In this document: positions 25,561 through 39,749 of the stretch, piece after piece
Layout: each line of letters begins with the position of its first letter
Numbering within the stretch: the first letter of the stretch is position 1
Source of the DNA: Carcharhinus longimanus
Lineage: Eukaryota
Assembly: GCA_030264375.1 (NCBI GenBank)
Contig: JASCQW010000162.1
Location: 107,038,950 to 107,102,949, forward strand
DNA length: 64,000 bases
Direction of reading: 5' to 3'
The notes under the pieces: generated by a model
The model's input: the letters and a program-made list of their open reading frames with translations, nothing else
Told to the model about the DNA's origin: nothing
Database searches by the model: none
Position numbers and translations under genes: made by a program

Positions 25561-26024
25561 TAGCATGTCAATAGGATTAAATTTTGAAGCATTTTCTCTG
25601 ACGTTTAATATCTAGGTCTGGCAAATTTATTTACAGGAACTTCCATATTTTTTTTTAAATCATGACATAGAAATAGTGCATCCCACTGTCACAGGACATA
25701 TTAAAATATGAACAATCTGTTGGCTTGGTAACTCCACCTCAGCTAGGAAAAGGCTAGGTCAGGTCTATATCACAAATATTCAAATACCTTTGCTGGGAGG
25801 TGTGTTAGCCTTTAGAAGGTCAAAGTATAATTGATATATGGCTTTCTAAATCTTTAGATGAAGCTGTGGAAATTTGAGCATAACGTTTCTTCATAGAAAA
25901 TGAAAGTGAGATGAAAAAGCATCAGATTAAGAGCTGATTTACTTCTAACCCGTTAACATGACTTGAACTAATGTAACCAAGTGATTATTGAGCCTTGATT
26001 GAAACAAATTAAGACAATACTTAC

Positions 26025-26096
26025 TTCATCTATTACTTGAGCGAACTGTTGCAGAGTGGAGGTCATGACCTCATCATCACCACCGAGGGGAAAACG
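26025..26096 (-). CDS. APPL1: APPL1 exon 4 (RFPLGGDDEVMTSTLQQFAQVIDE)
   Basis: 72 nt, CAG acceptor, GTAAGT donor. Confidence 0.96.
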
Positions 26097-28882
26097 CTGT
26101 CAACAAACAAAAAGTTAGTTAACTAGAAATGAAAGTTATTCATTTGTTGCACAGAAAGTAACAACACTTTGGTGAAAATGAACAAACTTTTCTTCACTAT
26201 ATTTCATGAAATTTTCCTTTATTTAATTGTTCTATTATTTTGTCCAACTGGCAATTAATCATATCTTGATTGTGAGCATCAGCTGACTATTTAACCCTCC
26301 TGGACTATACTATAAAATCATTCCTACTTACGTAAGCTAATATCCTAGCAGAAAAATTCAAAATTCTGCATTTTCGTACTCTGGCCATTTAAATAAGAAA
26401 CAATTTTGATTTGTATAAATTGGAGGGACCCTTGATGCAGGAAAAGAATTCCATTTAATAGAATGTCATCTAATTGTGGAGAGGATTGGGGGGGGGGGGG
26501 GGGGGGGCACACTTTTTAAAAAAATTTAAAAAATATTTTAATTAATAAAAAAAAATTTANNNNNNNNNNNNNNNNNNNNNNNNNNNNNNNNNNNNNNNNN
26601 NNNNNNNNNNNNNNNNNNNNNNNNNNNNNNNNNNNNNNNNNNNNNNNNNNNNNNNNNNNCTTTACTAAGCATGATTTGAGATGTCCTCCTAATTGCAGAA
26701 AATTCTGCCAGCAAGTAGCGTGCTTGCTCCAGTCTCTCTCAAAACCACACTGCAATTAGCCTTTTAAGAGCAACAGCGTCTGGTCCTGGTTTACCAACTG
26801 CTCATTTCCCCCATGATCAGAAGATTTCTATTGGGTGACCAACAATAATTATCTCGATGAGTACAGCTGTAATGTTTTTGCACGTCAGTCAGGATTACGG
26901 CAGCATTGTCAAAGTCTAGGATTAAGTTGACTGCTCATCCAATTAACCTCGCCTTCCCGGATTCTACATGCACCATTCTCCAGCTAAGAACAGACATGGT
27001 TTTGCCCATGGATGACAGCCTATCCAGTGAACATCATGCAGAAAAGGAAGACTGCAAATTTTGATCCCTGGTCTGTGTTAATTGCTCTTATATGAGGGCA
27101 GGTGTGCTTTAATTAACCTTTGTTTTAGGTGGGAAAATATTGGATAACCGAAAAAAAGGGTTTGTTTCTGAACCCACTGTAAAATAGTCTGAAAATACAC
27201 TCTGATGAAGATTACAGGTGAATCATGACTTTTTAATGAAAGGTAATGGAAGAAGCTTAGAAAGGAGCAAAGGTGTTTGAGTACATAGAACTGACCTAGC
27301 ATCTTACGAACAGTGGTGTAATTACCAAGCCAACAGGTAGTCTGTTCATATTATGTCTTATGACAATGGGATGCACAACTTCTTGGTCATCATTATTTTA
27401 TAAAAATGTGCAAATTCAAATTAATGAATATCAGATGTAGAATTTTGAATTTAGGGGGGAAACTTCTAAATTTAATCTATCAATGCTCTGCATTGTCTGG
27501 CTCCAGTACTGTGCTAAATGGGATAGATTTAGCTGTTCAAAACTAGGCATCTATGAAATGGGATATCAGCAGCAGCAGAATACTGTATCATAACAACAAC
27601 TTTAAAACTAGCAAAAGTAAAACACTTTAAAAAGTTCTGAAATGGGACTAGACATTTCATTTCTTAGTTTACAATTGGCTTTATTATTAAGAGAAATGAC
27701 TAAAGATAACGCTAGGATAAGAACTAGAACTGAGATTATGCCAGTTTACTCAAGTTTTATCCACAACTGAAGCAAAACATTTTTTGGATGTACAGAAAGG
27801 AATACAGTTAAACTGCTTTACATTTACTCACTAATTTAGCAATCAGCATGTCCCAATGTAAATTAAGATATTCAGTGCACAAACTGAAAATATACCAGAC
27901 TTGCTTTAAATCTAGAATACCCAATTATTTCCCAATAGATAACCAGCAACTTTGTCAATGCAAGCAACAATGCAAAATAAGTAAAGTTAAAACTGGTCAT
28001 TCAGAGATGCTGAAATAGTCTAGAATCCCTGCATCAAGCTAATGGTGCATGTGTTAACTGGGAACTAACATAATGAACTCAGTACGAGTACTCTGTATAT
28101 CTAACGAGGAAATCAATCAGAGAACAACCTATGGAAAATATTTCATGTCATTTTATTCCATTATCTATGACCACTTACACTGATAACTGAAGCAATATAT
28201 AGCTCTTAGCTGTGTCATGATAGGAACTGGCACTGGTAGATCTACAAGCTCCCAAGTTAATGACAATATTGAGTGTTTCTATGCACAAGTCATTGAATGC
28301 ACTGTAATTATTAATTCGCCTGAAAATCACCAAGCTTACAGGAGTGTGTGTGGAGCCTTGTGTACATGTACCTTTCAGTCAGTTGTGTCTTCATCAACTC
28401 TTTTAGAAAAATCTAAAACTGAATCCCATCGGTCAATGCTTTCCACATATCCCAGTATCTTCTCCGTCAAATATTTATTCAATTTTTCCCTTTAAAGTAT
28501 TTGCCTTAATCAACTCCCGTGGAAAATCATTCCATGTCCCTTGATAAAGAAATGAACAACCTCTCTCCTCACTCCTAACTTCAAATTGATGATATGGAAT
28601 CAATGATTTTTCCTATCAGAGAATATAGTTTTTTTCTAATGCACTCTGTCAAAACCCTTCACAATTTTAATCTCTATTAAATCAGTCTTTACTTCTCACT
28701 GATCTTCTAGCATTTTCCTATTCACTTTTTTCGTAATTATTACATGGAACTCATCATAATTCTCGTGAATCTGCACTTCAATGTTCATTCTACAAATCAT
28801 AATCGAACAAAGATACATATTTTTATAATTAGTAACTGCCAAGGCAGGTACTCTGCTTTGGCTCTGTTCAGTTAATCTTTAC

Positions 28883-28930
28883 CTGTTTCTCATATTCCTT
28901 GAGTAGTTTGGAGGTCAAGTGTGTTGCTGC
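28883..28930 (-). CDS. APPL1: APPL1 exon 3, partial (..AATHLTSKLLKEYEKQ); 5' part lies in the N-gap
   Basis: 16 visible codons identical to APPL1; donor CAG|GTAAAG; about 12 nt (NELS) expected in gap 28931-29020. Confidence 0.93.
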
Positions 28931-30469
28931 NNNNNNNNNNNNNNNNNNNNNNNNNNNNNNNNNNNNNNNNNNNNNNNNNNNNNNNNNNNNNNNNNNNNNN
29001 NNNNNNNNNNNNNNNNNNNNGTTTCTGGTTTTCCCCCCTTGTTCTTGATACCTCACCTAGTTTCCCAATACACTTTTCAGCCAGTGCCTTCCCCCACCCC
29101 CCACTCATTCTCTACCATGGCAAACACAGAAGCAAAAAAACACCCTGGTCCAAGTGGCACCAGCTTTATCTGACCATGTGGAACACCACAGTTGAGCCTG
29201 GTCAACATCTGGCGCACATGCATATTTTTCATTGCAACTCAAGCCGATTTTCTTTTCATGTCATAGCCAAAACTAATATAACATCTTAAATATTGTTCTG
29301 CCTGAGATCAGCTGGTTCAGCACAGATGTAGTCCAATCCAAGTTTCTATCTGTCTGTATAAATTAGTGCTCCGCTCAATATTGTCTTTATTAACAGTGTC
29401 ACTGTGAGCTTCAAACTTAAGAAATTCAGTAAACAATAATTTTCACAATGCATTTCCTTTTCAGAGCAGTCCAAATTCTCTTTACAGGTAATACATATTT
29501 GTCTGTGATAATTCCACCACACCTCCACACTATCACTTCACCAGAAAATGTTAAGGGACATCATCCAGATATTGCCTCAAAAAGTTCAGAACATGAACAA
29601 AACAATTTACATACATGCGATGAAATTCAATGCAGCATACTAAGCATTTAAGAAAGCTGCATTGTTTCAGCTGTTTTTTTCCATCTCCATTTCCCTGTTT
29701 AGAACCAAGGATCAAATTGTCTTGGTAACAAAATGGTGCTCATGGTTATTGCTGGATAGCAAAATGCAAAAATCCAAATAGTTTGCCAGATGAAAATTTG
29801 AGAGCCTCATGCTATGTTAATAAAAATGCTGGAGCTGCCAGAGAAGTTGGGTGGAACAAAGTACTGTATACGTGGCCAACTATTACATTATATTTGCTAC
29901 AAAAGCTTTAGCTGATTTCTGCTTTTCAGTATGGCAAAATATGTTGGGTAATCAATGGGAGATTTGGGATTAGTTTTGGAAGCAACTCCATCTCAGGGAA
30001 TTATTCTATCACTGTTCTGGTTTCACCAACCACTAACTGCAACATAAACTTTAAAGCTCTTTATTATTTTAAAATTCTATGTTAGTGTGCTGGTCCTCCA
30101 TGACAACTGCAATGCTCTTAAGACTTGCCTTTTGTGCCAATAGTAACCTAGCATTTAAAATATTATTGGTATTTGAAGAGTCATAAGCAATACACTGCAA
30201 AGTGCATTTAAATAAATCGGCACAATACTTTTTCGTGATTCTACTATAATGCAAAGCAAATGTATAATTGTGCCCATTTATACTACTCTGACATGATATG
30301 ACTGTAGCATTAGTACTGCCACGAAATTGAGAATTGAATTTTAGAGCACGTCTTCAACACAGAAACAGGTACTCAGCCCAAGTTGTCAATGCCAACATTT
30401 GTGATTCACGTAAGCATCCTCTCATAAAAAACAAAATACTTGAAATACTCAAGCCACATGAAACTTTTC

Positions 30470-30695
30470 CACAAGGAGAGGACTGGGAATCCAGAGAGCC
30501 AGGGTAATTCTTCTGGGGACTAAGGTTCAAATTCCATGGTGGCAGATGGTGAAAAATCAAATCTGGAATTTAAAATGTCTTGCGATCACCACGAAACCAT
30601 TGCAATTGTCACAAAAACCCTTCTGGTTCACTAATATGGCATCCTTATCCGATCTGAGTAAGATGTGACTCCAGACCCACAGCAACTTGTCCCAC
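30470..30695 (+). mobile_element. tRNA-derived SINE of another family
   Basis: ggttcaaattcc B box; ctggttcactaat and gtgactccagacccacagcaa core; reverse copy at about 61170-61470. Confidence 0.65.
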
Positions 30696-31746
30696 ATTTA
30701 AAAAAACCTCTTCGGTATTTCCAGCATTTTGTGTTTTTATTTCAAATTTCCATTTCACCTTCATGCTGGACATGTAAATAATTTCCAAATGGTATTAAAC
30801 CTAAACCTACAGATGTATTGTATTAAGTTGCATATACATGGAGCTCGTGGCCCACCAGAATGTAGAAAAGCTAGGCCATTTTTTTCTGTCATTAATAAAA
30901 ATTTAAATGAGTAGCATTAAAAATACAAGTTCCTGCCCTAAGCATGTTCTTATTTTCACACTGTCAAGCAACAAGTAACAATTCAGCTTTGCATGAACTG
31001 GTTGACCGCTCTGCAGAACATCTTGATTCCGTCCACAAATATGACCCCTGTGCTTTTTATTGCTCATCATTTAATTCCTCCAACTTGCTCCCACCCCAAC
31101 CTTGGCTTGCTACAGTATTCCAATGAAACTCAATATTGACTCCGCATTCTTCAACCTTCTGAGCTCAGTGAGTTTCAGGTCATAACCTCCATTTTGTTTC
31201 GAGTATTTTTCTTCTAACTTCTTTCCTTAGCCTTTTACTTTGTATTCACTTGGGAGCTGTACAGCCATTCACACATCTAAACAAATCTTCTGCTTCCTTA
31301 TTTTACCCATTACTACTTCTTTTGTCTTGTACTATGAAACTATGTCATTTAATCTCTCCTGCCTTCTAACCTTTCACTGACGGTCCCCTCTAGTTCTTTT
31401 TCCACCCTTCCTTATTTTAATTGCTTAAAGCCTGTTTAATCAGAACTGAGGAAAGTTAGAAATGTAANNNNNNNNNNNNNNNNNNNNNNNNNNNNNNNNN
31501 NNNNNNNNNNNNNNNNNNNNNNNNNNNNNNNNNNNNNNNNNNNNNNNNNNNNNNNNNNNNNNNNNNNTTTTAATTGCTTAAAGCCTGTTTAATCAGAACT
31601 GAGGAAAGTTAGAAATGTAAGGTCACAGACCTGAGATTACTCTGTTTTTCTCTCTACTTGATCGGCTGAATTTTTCCAGCACTTTCTGTTTTCACTTGTG
31701 TCATGTTCATTGCCTACATTCAGCTCCTTACAATCCTGTTAACGTT

Positions 31747-31949
31747 GGCCGGAATTTTCCGGTCATTCACGCTGGTGGGATCTTCTGGTCCTGCTGATGG
31801 CACTCACTGGTTACAGATTTCCCAGTAACAAGGGATGCATTTAATGGAAAACCCCATTGACAACAGCAGGACCAGGAGATCTCACCACCAGCCAATGGTG
31901 GGCCGCCTCCACTTCTGCACACTCAGTAGGTTGCACAGAAAATCCCGCC
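31747..31949. mobile_element. Short MITE with internal inverted repeat
   Basis: Imperfect TIRs ggccggaattttcc / gaaaatcccgcc; internal arms 31779-31796 and 31864-31881 (17/18 complementary). Confidence 0.55.
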
Positions 31950-32372
31950 TCTTGAGCTATTAGATTCACTTGTGAACTTCCATCCAGTAATAAAATGTGT
32001 GCAAGTTAGAGCACACTGGCATCCCTAGTTCAAGTGGACTACAAACAATCTTGAAGGTCGTTTAGTATGCGTGTTTTGAATATAGAAATTTAAAAGTTAG
32101 CCCGACATCTTCTTGCTTCTCTTGTGGCTCAGTGAGCCACACCGACTGAGGTGATGTTATTAAGACTGCCAGTATCAAGTTAACTAATCAAAGCCAAAGT
32201 AGTGGTAGCGGCACTAGAATTCACCTTCTTGCCCCTGTTAGAGGGAAAATCTGCCAGTGTGCAAGCATCATATGACTGTTTTGAGTGGGTTCAGCTATGA
32301 TGCTTCCAGTCTCACTAACTTCTCAACATCCTTGTCAAGAATTCATAAATATCAAATTTGGTGAGACATCAG

Positions 32373-33468
32373 TGCTGTGTCACAAATATGAGGCTGGATA
32401 ACGATGTAACAACAAAAAAAGCAAAAGGAGAAAGAAAGGGAACTACAGAACTGGAATCGGGAAAGGGCAAAATGTTTGAGGTATTTGTCTCTGAAAATTG
32501 TGATTGGAAAAAGGAGCAATTTTACAGTAAGGAGTTGATGCCTTCAAAATGAAAAGATATGTCTAACCTGGTATATCCCAGTAATACAGTGCATAAAGGT
32601 ACATCATAGTACAGCTAAACAAAATGCAAAAAATGTCAGTATTTATTGATCATTCCTAATTGTCTTCAAAAGATGATGCCAATTATTGATTAGCCAAAAT
32701 AATTCAAGTGGCTTCAATTTCTGTAATCAGGAAGAAGAAAAGGATTAAATTTCTTATTCCTTGAACCAACTAACTGTTGAATGGGCATTGTAGCTGTGCT
32801 AATTCCTGCCCACAAGTTGTTACATGGAGTAGGAACTAGTTCCCCCACTTGAGTTCAGGGAACTGCTCTTGCTTCTCAAACTGAGGTTAGATCATTTTTC
32901 AAAAAACAAATTTAGGTTCAGAGCTACATAGTAAATTCATTAACTGTTCCACGACTCTCTACAAGTCCTTCTCTAAACTTCTCTGCCTCTCCACCATCCC
33001 ACCTCCTTTAAGAACTTACATTAAACCCATCTCTTGGACCAAGCTTTAGATTACCCTGCCCCATATTTCCTCCTTTAACTCAGCATTCATTCTTTTCCTG
33101 TGAAGCCATTTGGAACGTTTGTGCCATTAAAAAGGCATTAATTAAATGCAAATTGTCGATAATGCAGTAGTACTAATATTATTAGTTCTTCATATGCGTC
33201 CCTTCGTTGCTAAATGCCTGAAAACAAAATCAAACATTTCACCAAACTCACCTGCTACTGAGCAGTTCAGCATCCTTTTCTTTAGGGATTTAATGAGGAG
33301 TTTGTAGTCTGCTGTATCACAAGTATGAGGCTGGATAATGAGTAGATACAACAACAAAAAAAAGCAAAGGAAGAAGAAAGGAAACTATAGAATTGGAATT
33401 GTGCAAGAGCAAAATGTTCGAGGTATTTGCTCTGAAAATTGTGACTGTAAAGTGATGCAATTTTACAG
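32373..33468 (+). repeat. Diverged direct repeat of about 155 bp (32373-32527 and 33310-33468) in APPL1 intron 2
   Basis: Shared tgctgt.tcacaa.tatgaggctggataa..gcaaaatgtt.gaggtatttg..ctctgaaaattgtga..gcaattttacag. Confidence 0.85.
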
Positions 33469-33569
33469 AATGTAAAGTTATAACTATGTCATTTTATTCC
33501 AAAGTATACATTTTGTTCTATGCTGATCTCCTGTAACCAATGACGTAATCTGATAAATTGGAACTATAC

Positions 33570-33668
33570 CTGTGCATCGTAAATCCGCTTCATGGCATTG
33601 TAAAGTTGGTTGGTATAATTTGAGATGGCAGCAGCATCTTCTTCAAACACTCCCAGGAGTGAACGTGT
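33570..33668 (-). CDS. APPL1: APPL1 exon 2 (TRSLLGVFEEDAAAISNYTNQLYNAMKRIYDAQ), BAR domain
   Basis: 99 nt, TAG acceptor and GTATAG donor, phase 0/0, near-identical to APPL1. Confidence 0.96.
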
Positions 33669-34489
33669 CTATCCAAAATTAAAAACAAAAGACAAGTTTG
33701 TCAAATGGATATGTCATGCCTTTTGAGCTTGAACTCATGCAGGTTAACACTCATTAACTCAATGTATCTTTATCACGTAGGAACAGTACAAGTTCTTTTG
33801 CTAAGGCATACTCTACTATAGGAAATCGTGCACGTATCTAGAGCAGGGCTATACCAGGATTTATAGGTGAGAACCAGGATTGTAGTAAGAACCATTGTTG
33901 GCTAATTCATCAACTCCAGAACTGGTTTAGTTCACATTCATTCTGCGATCTGAAGGGAATGTTCCACTATCAGGGGTGCCATTTTCTGGCATGGAATTCA
34001 CCTGGTGTCCCAGGAAAAAAAAATTCCTCAAGATTCCATGGTTCTATTAATAAATCAACACCCAAGAAAGCTGCCAATTATTCCATTGCTATTTCTGGGA
34101 ATTGTTATCTGAAAAAATGGCCACTGTGTTTCCTCCATTATAGCTGTCTACATTTCAAAGGTGCATCATTGGTTGAACATCCTGAAGTTCTGAAAGACTT
34201 TATGCAAATGCCTCTTTTGTTGCTATGATTCATGTACCTTCCATTATACTACAAGGCTGCCTCTGGTAATTTAAGACAATGAAATCTAACTACCAGCAGT
34301 AAATAGGACTAGTACATCGCAGCAGCATTTTCTGACCTCTAAGCCCAACAGAAGGCCAAAATGCATTTTTGACATTGCTGGTCTATAATGATTCAACACT
34401 TACAGATATTAGACACAGTTCAGTAGTTGTAAGTTTCTTCCATCTACAAAAGATGACAGGCCCGCAGCAAATAAGTCCATTTCAGATGA

Positions 34490-35300
34490 ACTCATAGTGT
34501 TATTTTGTTAATGGCTGAAGAAGTCAATCCTCCTAAATTGCTGCACATGAAGTTATCAAGTGTCATCGTAGATTTTCAGCATTGGTGTCATCTATTGCCA
34601 AGTTGCTGGAGCCACTGGTTATTATGGTGTGCGTGCCAACGAACAGAAGGTGTCACAATTTTCCTTTGTCATCAGTTAGTGACTTCCAGGTGAACTAATG
34701 AATGTCTGGGGCCTTTATGTCATGCTTGCAAGCATCCTTAAATGACATTTTAGGTATCCCACTAGTCATCTGGCTCCAGCTAGCACACCATACAAAACAG
34801 AACCGGGGAGTGCAACCTTCTTCCATCCTGTGTACATGCCCCAAGCCAATGAAGCCATATCTGATCAGTGAGTGCTAACAAACTTCAGTACTCTGCAGCA
34901 CTTGGTATTTTGTCCTGCCAGGATGTACAAATAGCAAATGTGGAAATTGTAGAGCTTCTTTTCTTGATGGCTCTAAGTTGTTCATGTTCCACAGCTATAC
35001 AACATGGTGTGGAGGACACAGGTTCTGTGAACAAACTATCAGCTTGGTCCTAAATGTCCTCTTAATATTGAAGGCTGGTGTCCAAAGGGAAGAAATTTGA
35101 GGCCAATTTGGTTGCAGGAGTTGTAGGAGAGTGTTCACTTAAGGGGAACACCAACTTTCTAATGCGACCTAGGCTCCAGATTCTGTTGTGTTTACTGCCT
35201 TAGCCATTAACTCTTGATGTCGTAGATGTTATTGTTGAAATGTACACATAGCCAGCATCACCAAAGATATAGATGTGATCTTGTCTTCCAGTTGTGCCAT
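34490..35300 (-). mobile_element. RTE-clade LINE fragment
   Basis: Reverse strand reads WLGACTQDG / YGVLAGAR..LVG..DACKHDIKA, a degenerate RTE C-terminus. Confidence 0.65.
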
Positions 35301-38300
35301 TCCCCGGCCCCTCTCTCAGCCGCCCACAAAATCCAGCCTAGTAACTAACCCTCAACTCAACAAAATAAACTGATGTTCTATGACTCCAACCCAGCAATTT
35401 GAACCCCTCAGTAAAACCACACTTCAATACTAAATCACCTCAATAAGCCTCCAAACCAGCACTAACTTCCAACAACCCCTCACCCTAGGCAATATACACT
35501 ATCCCCATCACTCACCCATCNNNNNNNNNNNNNNNNNNNNNNNNNNNNNNNNNNNNNNNNNNNNNNNNNNNNNNNNNNNNNNNNNNNNNNNNNNNNNNNN
35601 NNNNNNNNNNNNNNNNNNNNAACTAAATCCCCCCCCCCCCCCCACCCCCAACAAACACTACAGTACTAGATCCCCCAATATCTACCCCCATCCCCCTGGC
35701 TTCCAGCCATCCCTGCACTTAGGTGTTACATTACATTAGCTACCCCACCTCATCAAGAAAAACCCAGCTTAAAAACAGCCACTGTCATAAATTGTAAAAT
35801 AAAGTGGTATAATATGACTAAATCCTTTATAGTGCAGAGGAGAAAACATTCTAAATCAATGTAAGGTCTAATAATGTGAGACACAACTCAATTAAACACA
35901 TTGCAATGAAAAATTACAAATTCGTGTTACAATTTTGTCAAGTCTGCATGAGACTGCAAATTCTGCTGGTGCAGACAACTCTCTGTGCCTTGCCTACATA
36001 CTTTAACATGTACATACTACTGCGTCTGCAAACATGAAGAATGGTCCAAGGCAAGGCTTATAATAGTACACTAATTATTTTTCATGGTAAATGTAATGTT
36101 CACAGCTCAAACATTCAAATGACTATTAGAAAAATGTTGCAAATCAAGAAGCCAAAATATTTAATGAAGAATCAGAACAGTGGGCCAATGATCATTTTAA
36201 GTTTGTAAGTGTTGTAATCAGGCAAAATTCTGACAACAGCTATTAATCTTCATCCCAAAACCCATTTTCAGGAACAAAAGAGAAGATCAAACTTTCATAA
36301 CATTTTTCATGTTCTCATGATGCTGCAAAACAGTTTATAATCAATGGAGCACATACAAAGAGTAGTCGATGCAGGGAAACAGCAGCAATTTGTGGACAGC
36401 AGTCAGATAAGTGACTGGTCAATCTCGTGTGTTTTTTGTTTAGTATTCGTTATGTCATTGGATCTTTCATATCCATCTTAGGGTGTAGAGCTAGTCTCAT
36501 TTGAAGGTCTCAGTTGAAAGACGGAATGTACACAGTAACCAGTCCCTCAGTAAAGCAGTGAAGTATCACCCAACACTGTGTACTCCCCTCAGGTGGGGTT
36601 TGATATCACATCTGAGGGAGCTACCACTGGAGCCAATGTTAGCATTTAAATCAATATTGATGTATTGTATTTACAAATCTGCGTAACGAGTGTGATATAA
36701 AACTGATCAGCTTGGATTAACCTTCCCACTATAGACAGATTGCCTTGCATATATATTAAAACATTGACATAAATTCATATTGTAAATGGACATATGGTCG
36801 TTGGGATCCATTAGTGTACAGCTGCTGAATCCCAAGTGTTTTTAAAAAATAAAGTTTTTAATTAATATAGCAATCAAGGATAAGAATTGCAAAGATAATT
36901 TGGTAACCAAGACATCCTATTACCTGACAAAATTTTGCTTTGTAGATTATAATAAGATTTACCTGAGCACTGACACCAGTTTACCCTTAAACCTTAGCGA
37001 ACATTGTGTTCTTTCCACCCTTTAAGCACTGAGAAATCACATGTGCAACAGATTAATAATGCACGTGCATTTGAATACTGGAAACTCTCAACAAACATGT
37101 GCATATTAGGTAAGAAGAGGTAAAGAGCAGTTGTCTTGCACCCATAGTGAGCTTGTCCAGTGAATTACTGAGATTACAGATCAGATAAAATCCATGCTGA
37201 TTGCTGATCAGTAGTGAACTAGTTAATCTCAGAGGCTGTCAATGAGGGCACTATAATTGATTTCAATGTCCTAGGTTCAAGGAGGAAAAAACTGGTTGTT
37301 CCTGCTCCCAATAGCTATCCAGCAGTCCTTGTACGCACATGAAATAAGACGAGAAATCCAAAAATACTCACGCCAGTCAGCACAGAAAGTTAATGTTTGA
37401 TATATGGACACATTGTCAGAAATATGCACACATGGATGTTAGGTAAGGACAAGACAATCTCCAGTTGTGATGCTCTCCCTCGTCCTCTACCCTTGGAATG
37501 TGTTTTTTGGCATCCTATATTTGCAGACTGTCACAAATTAAATGCACTTTCATAAAATATCTAATATGGACTGGGAATAAACAAAGTAAGAGGCTAGTAA
37601 AAATGTACATCCAGAGAACATCTTTATTCAATATGTCTTTAACACAATGAGGAATGAAGTTGTGCTGAATCGAATTCTGGAGAATTAAGAAGAGTATAAG
37701 AGCTGTGTTGAATTGGAAGAACCTCTAGGTAATAGTGATCATAATATAATTAGATTTGAAGCACTTATGGATAAGAACAGAGAAAAATCAAAGGTGAAAA
37801 AACCAAGCTGTAAAAAAAACCAATTTCAGTGATTTAAGAAAGGACCTAGTAAATGTGGATTGGAAAAATAAATGGCCAGGTAACTAAGCAATAATACACC
37901 TTCAAGACAAGGATATTTTGGATGCAAACCAAATACTTCATAACCTGGCATATCATAAGATTATAGGTTCCTAATTGACAAGACAGGTGAAAACAAAAAT
38001 GGAAAAAGATGTTTATGACAACAATTATGCACATTAGAAAACCCAGGCAGACTGCAGGGGGAAACTGAAAAGGAAGTTAGAAGGGCAAAGAGACAGTAGG
38101 AGAGGTAACGGAAAAGGTAATCCAAAAAAAAGTGCAAAAAAAATGGTGAGACCAATTAGTAGCTAAAAACATAACAATCTGAAGAAGCAGAGATCATGGC
38201 TGACTGACTGAACAAGTACACTGCTTCTGTCTTTACAAGATGAAAAAGTAAATGTTGCAGTGGAGGCGTGGGAAGTGAAGATCTAGGATAGGATAAAATA

Positions 38301-38314
38301 GATAGAAAGTAGGT

Positions 38315-39330
38315 CATAAAGTCATGGAGGTTTGCAGCGTGGAAAAGAGCCTTTCAGCCCAACTTGTCCACTCTGTCCAGTTTTTACCATCAAGCTAGCA
38401 CCGACTGCCTGTATTTGGTCCATATTCCTCTATACTAATCTTGCCCATGTAACTGTCTACATGCTTTGCAAAAGACAAAATCATACCTGCCTCTACTACT
38501 ACCTCTGGCAGCTTTTCCAGACACTCACCATCCTATGTGTAAAAACAGTTGCCCCTCTGGACACTTCTGTTTCTCCCCTATTGCCTTAAACTTATGCCTG
38601 CTAGTTTTAGACTCCCCTACCTTTGGGAAAAGATGTTGACTGTCTACTTATCTATGTCCCTCATTATTTTATAGACCTCTGTAAGATCACCCCTAAGCCT
38701 CCTACACTTCATGGAAAAAAGTCCCAGTCCACCCAACCTCTCCTTAAAACTCAAACCATCAAATCCCAGTAGTATACTAGTAAATCTTTTCTGCATACTT
38801 TCCAGTTTAATAATATCCTTTCTATATTAAGGTGACAGAACTGTACACAGTATTCTAAGCATGGCCTTACCAATGCCTTGTAGAACTTCAACAAGATGTC
38901 CCAAATCCTGTACTCAATGTTCTGACCAATCAAGCCAAAAATGCTGAATGCCTTCTTCACCACTGTCCACCTGTGACTCCACTCTGAAGGAGTATGAACC
39001 AGTACCCTTAGATCTCTTTGTCCTATAACTCTCCCCAACGCCCTACCATTAACTGAGTAAGTTCTGCCCTGGTCCGATTTACCTTGCATTTATCTAAATT
39101 TAACTCCAGCTGCCATTCATCAGCCCACTGACCCAATTGATCAAGATCCCCTTGCAATCCTAGATAACTTTCTTCACTATACACAATGGCACCAATTTTG
39201 GCGTTATCTGCAAACTTACTAACCATGCCTCCTATAATTCTCATCTAAATCATTAATATAAATTACAAATAATATTGGGCCCAGCACCAATCCGAGGCGC
39301 ACCACTGGTCACAAGCTTCAGTTTGAAAAA
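38315..39330 (-). mobile_element. CR1 LINE 3' fragment
   Basis: ORFs 38751-39089 and 39023-39244 (SKFADNAKIG, LVRPCLEYCVQF). Confidence 0.9.
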
Positions 39331-39749
39331 GCCTTGTTCGACACGTCTTGCAACTCTATTTTTCTGTGTTCCATGTATTCAGTTGCCTGGGTCAGCTCCA
39401 ATAGCTTATTCTAAAGTGATTTTGGTCTCAGCCAGTAATTTATTTTGTATAATTAGACTATCCCTTAACATTTCTCCTAACGCTGGGCTGAATTTGCAGT
39501 GTTCTGCCAACCCCTGAATCTTGCCACAGGACTGTCTCCCCTGGCTCTCAGATTGCCATATGAAATTTCTATCTCAGGGATGAGGGTTAAAATTAATTTT
39601 GACTAGTTCCACTATCTGGTCATCAAAAGACTTTGCGGGCAATTCTTCCATCCTGCTGCGTTAATTTATTACGCAGCAGGCCGGGAGATTTCAGCTACGA
39701 AACTCTCAGACATCGCATAAAATTAACAAGTCACGCAGTCCACATGAGA

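Noticed and set aside
26488-26560. Poly-G/poly-C runs and AT-only stretches next to gaps (also 35630, 50592, 55600)
   Set aside because: Low-quality sequence at contig ends; G-quadruplex function cannot be supported
31415-31620. Exact repeat of about 53 bp flanking gap 31468-31567
   Set aside because: Scaffolding overlap artefact
35330-35720. C/A-rich degenerate repeats (actaaatcccc-like)
   Set aside because: Low-complexity decayed minisatellite broken by a gap; no consistent unit
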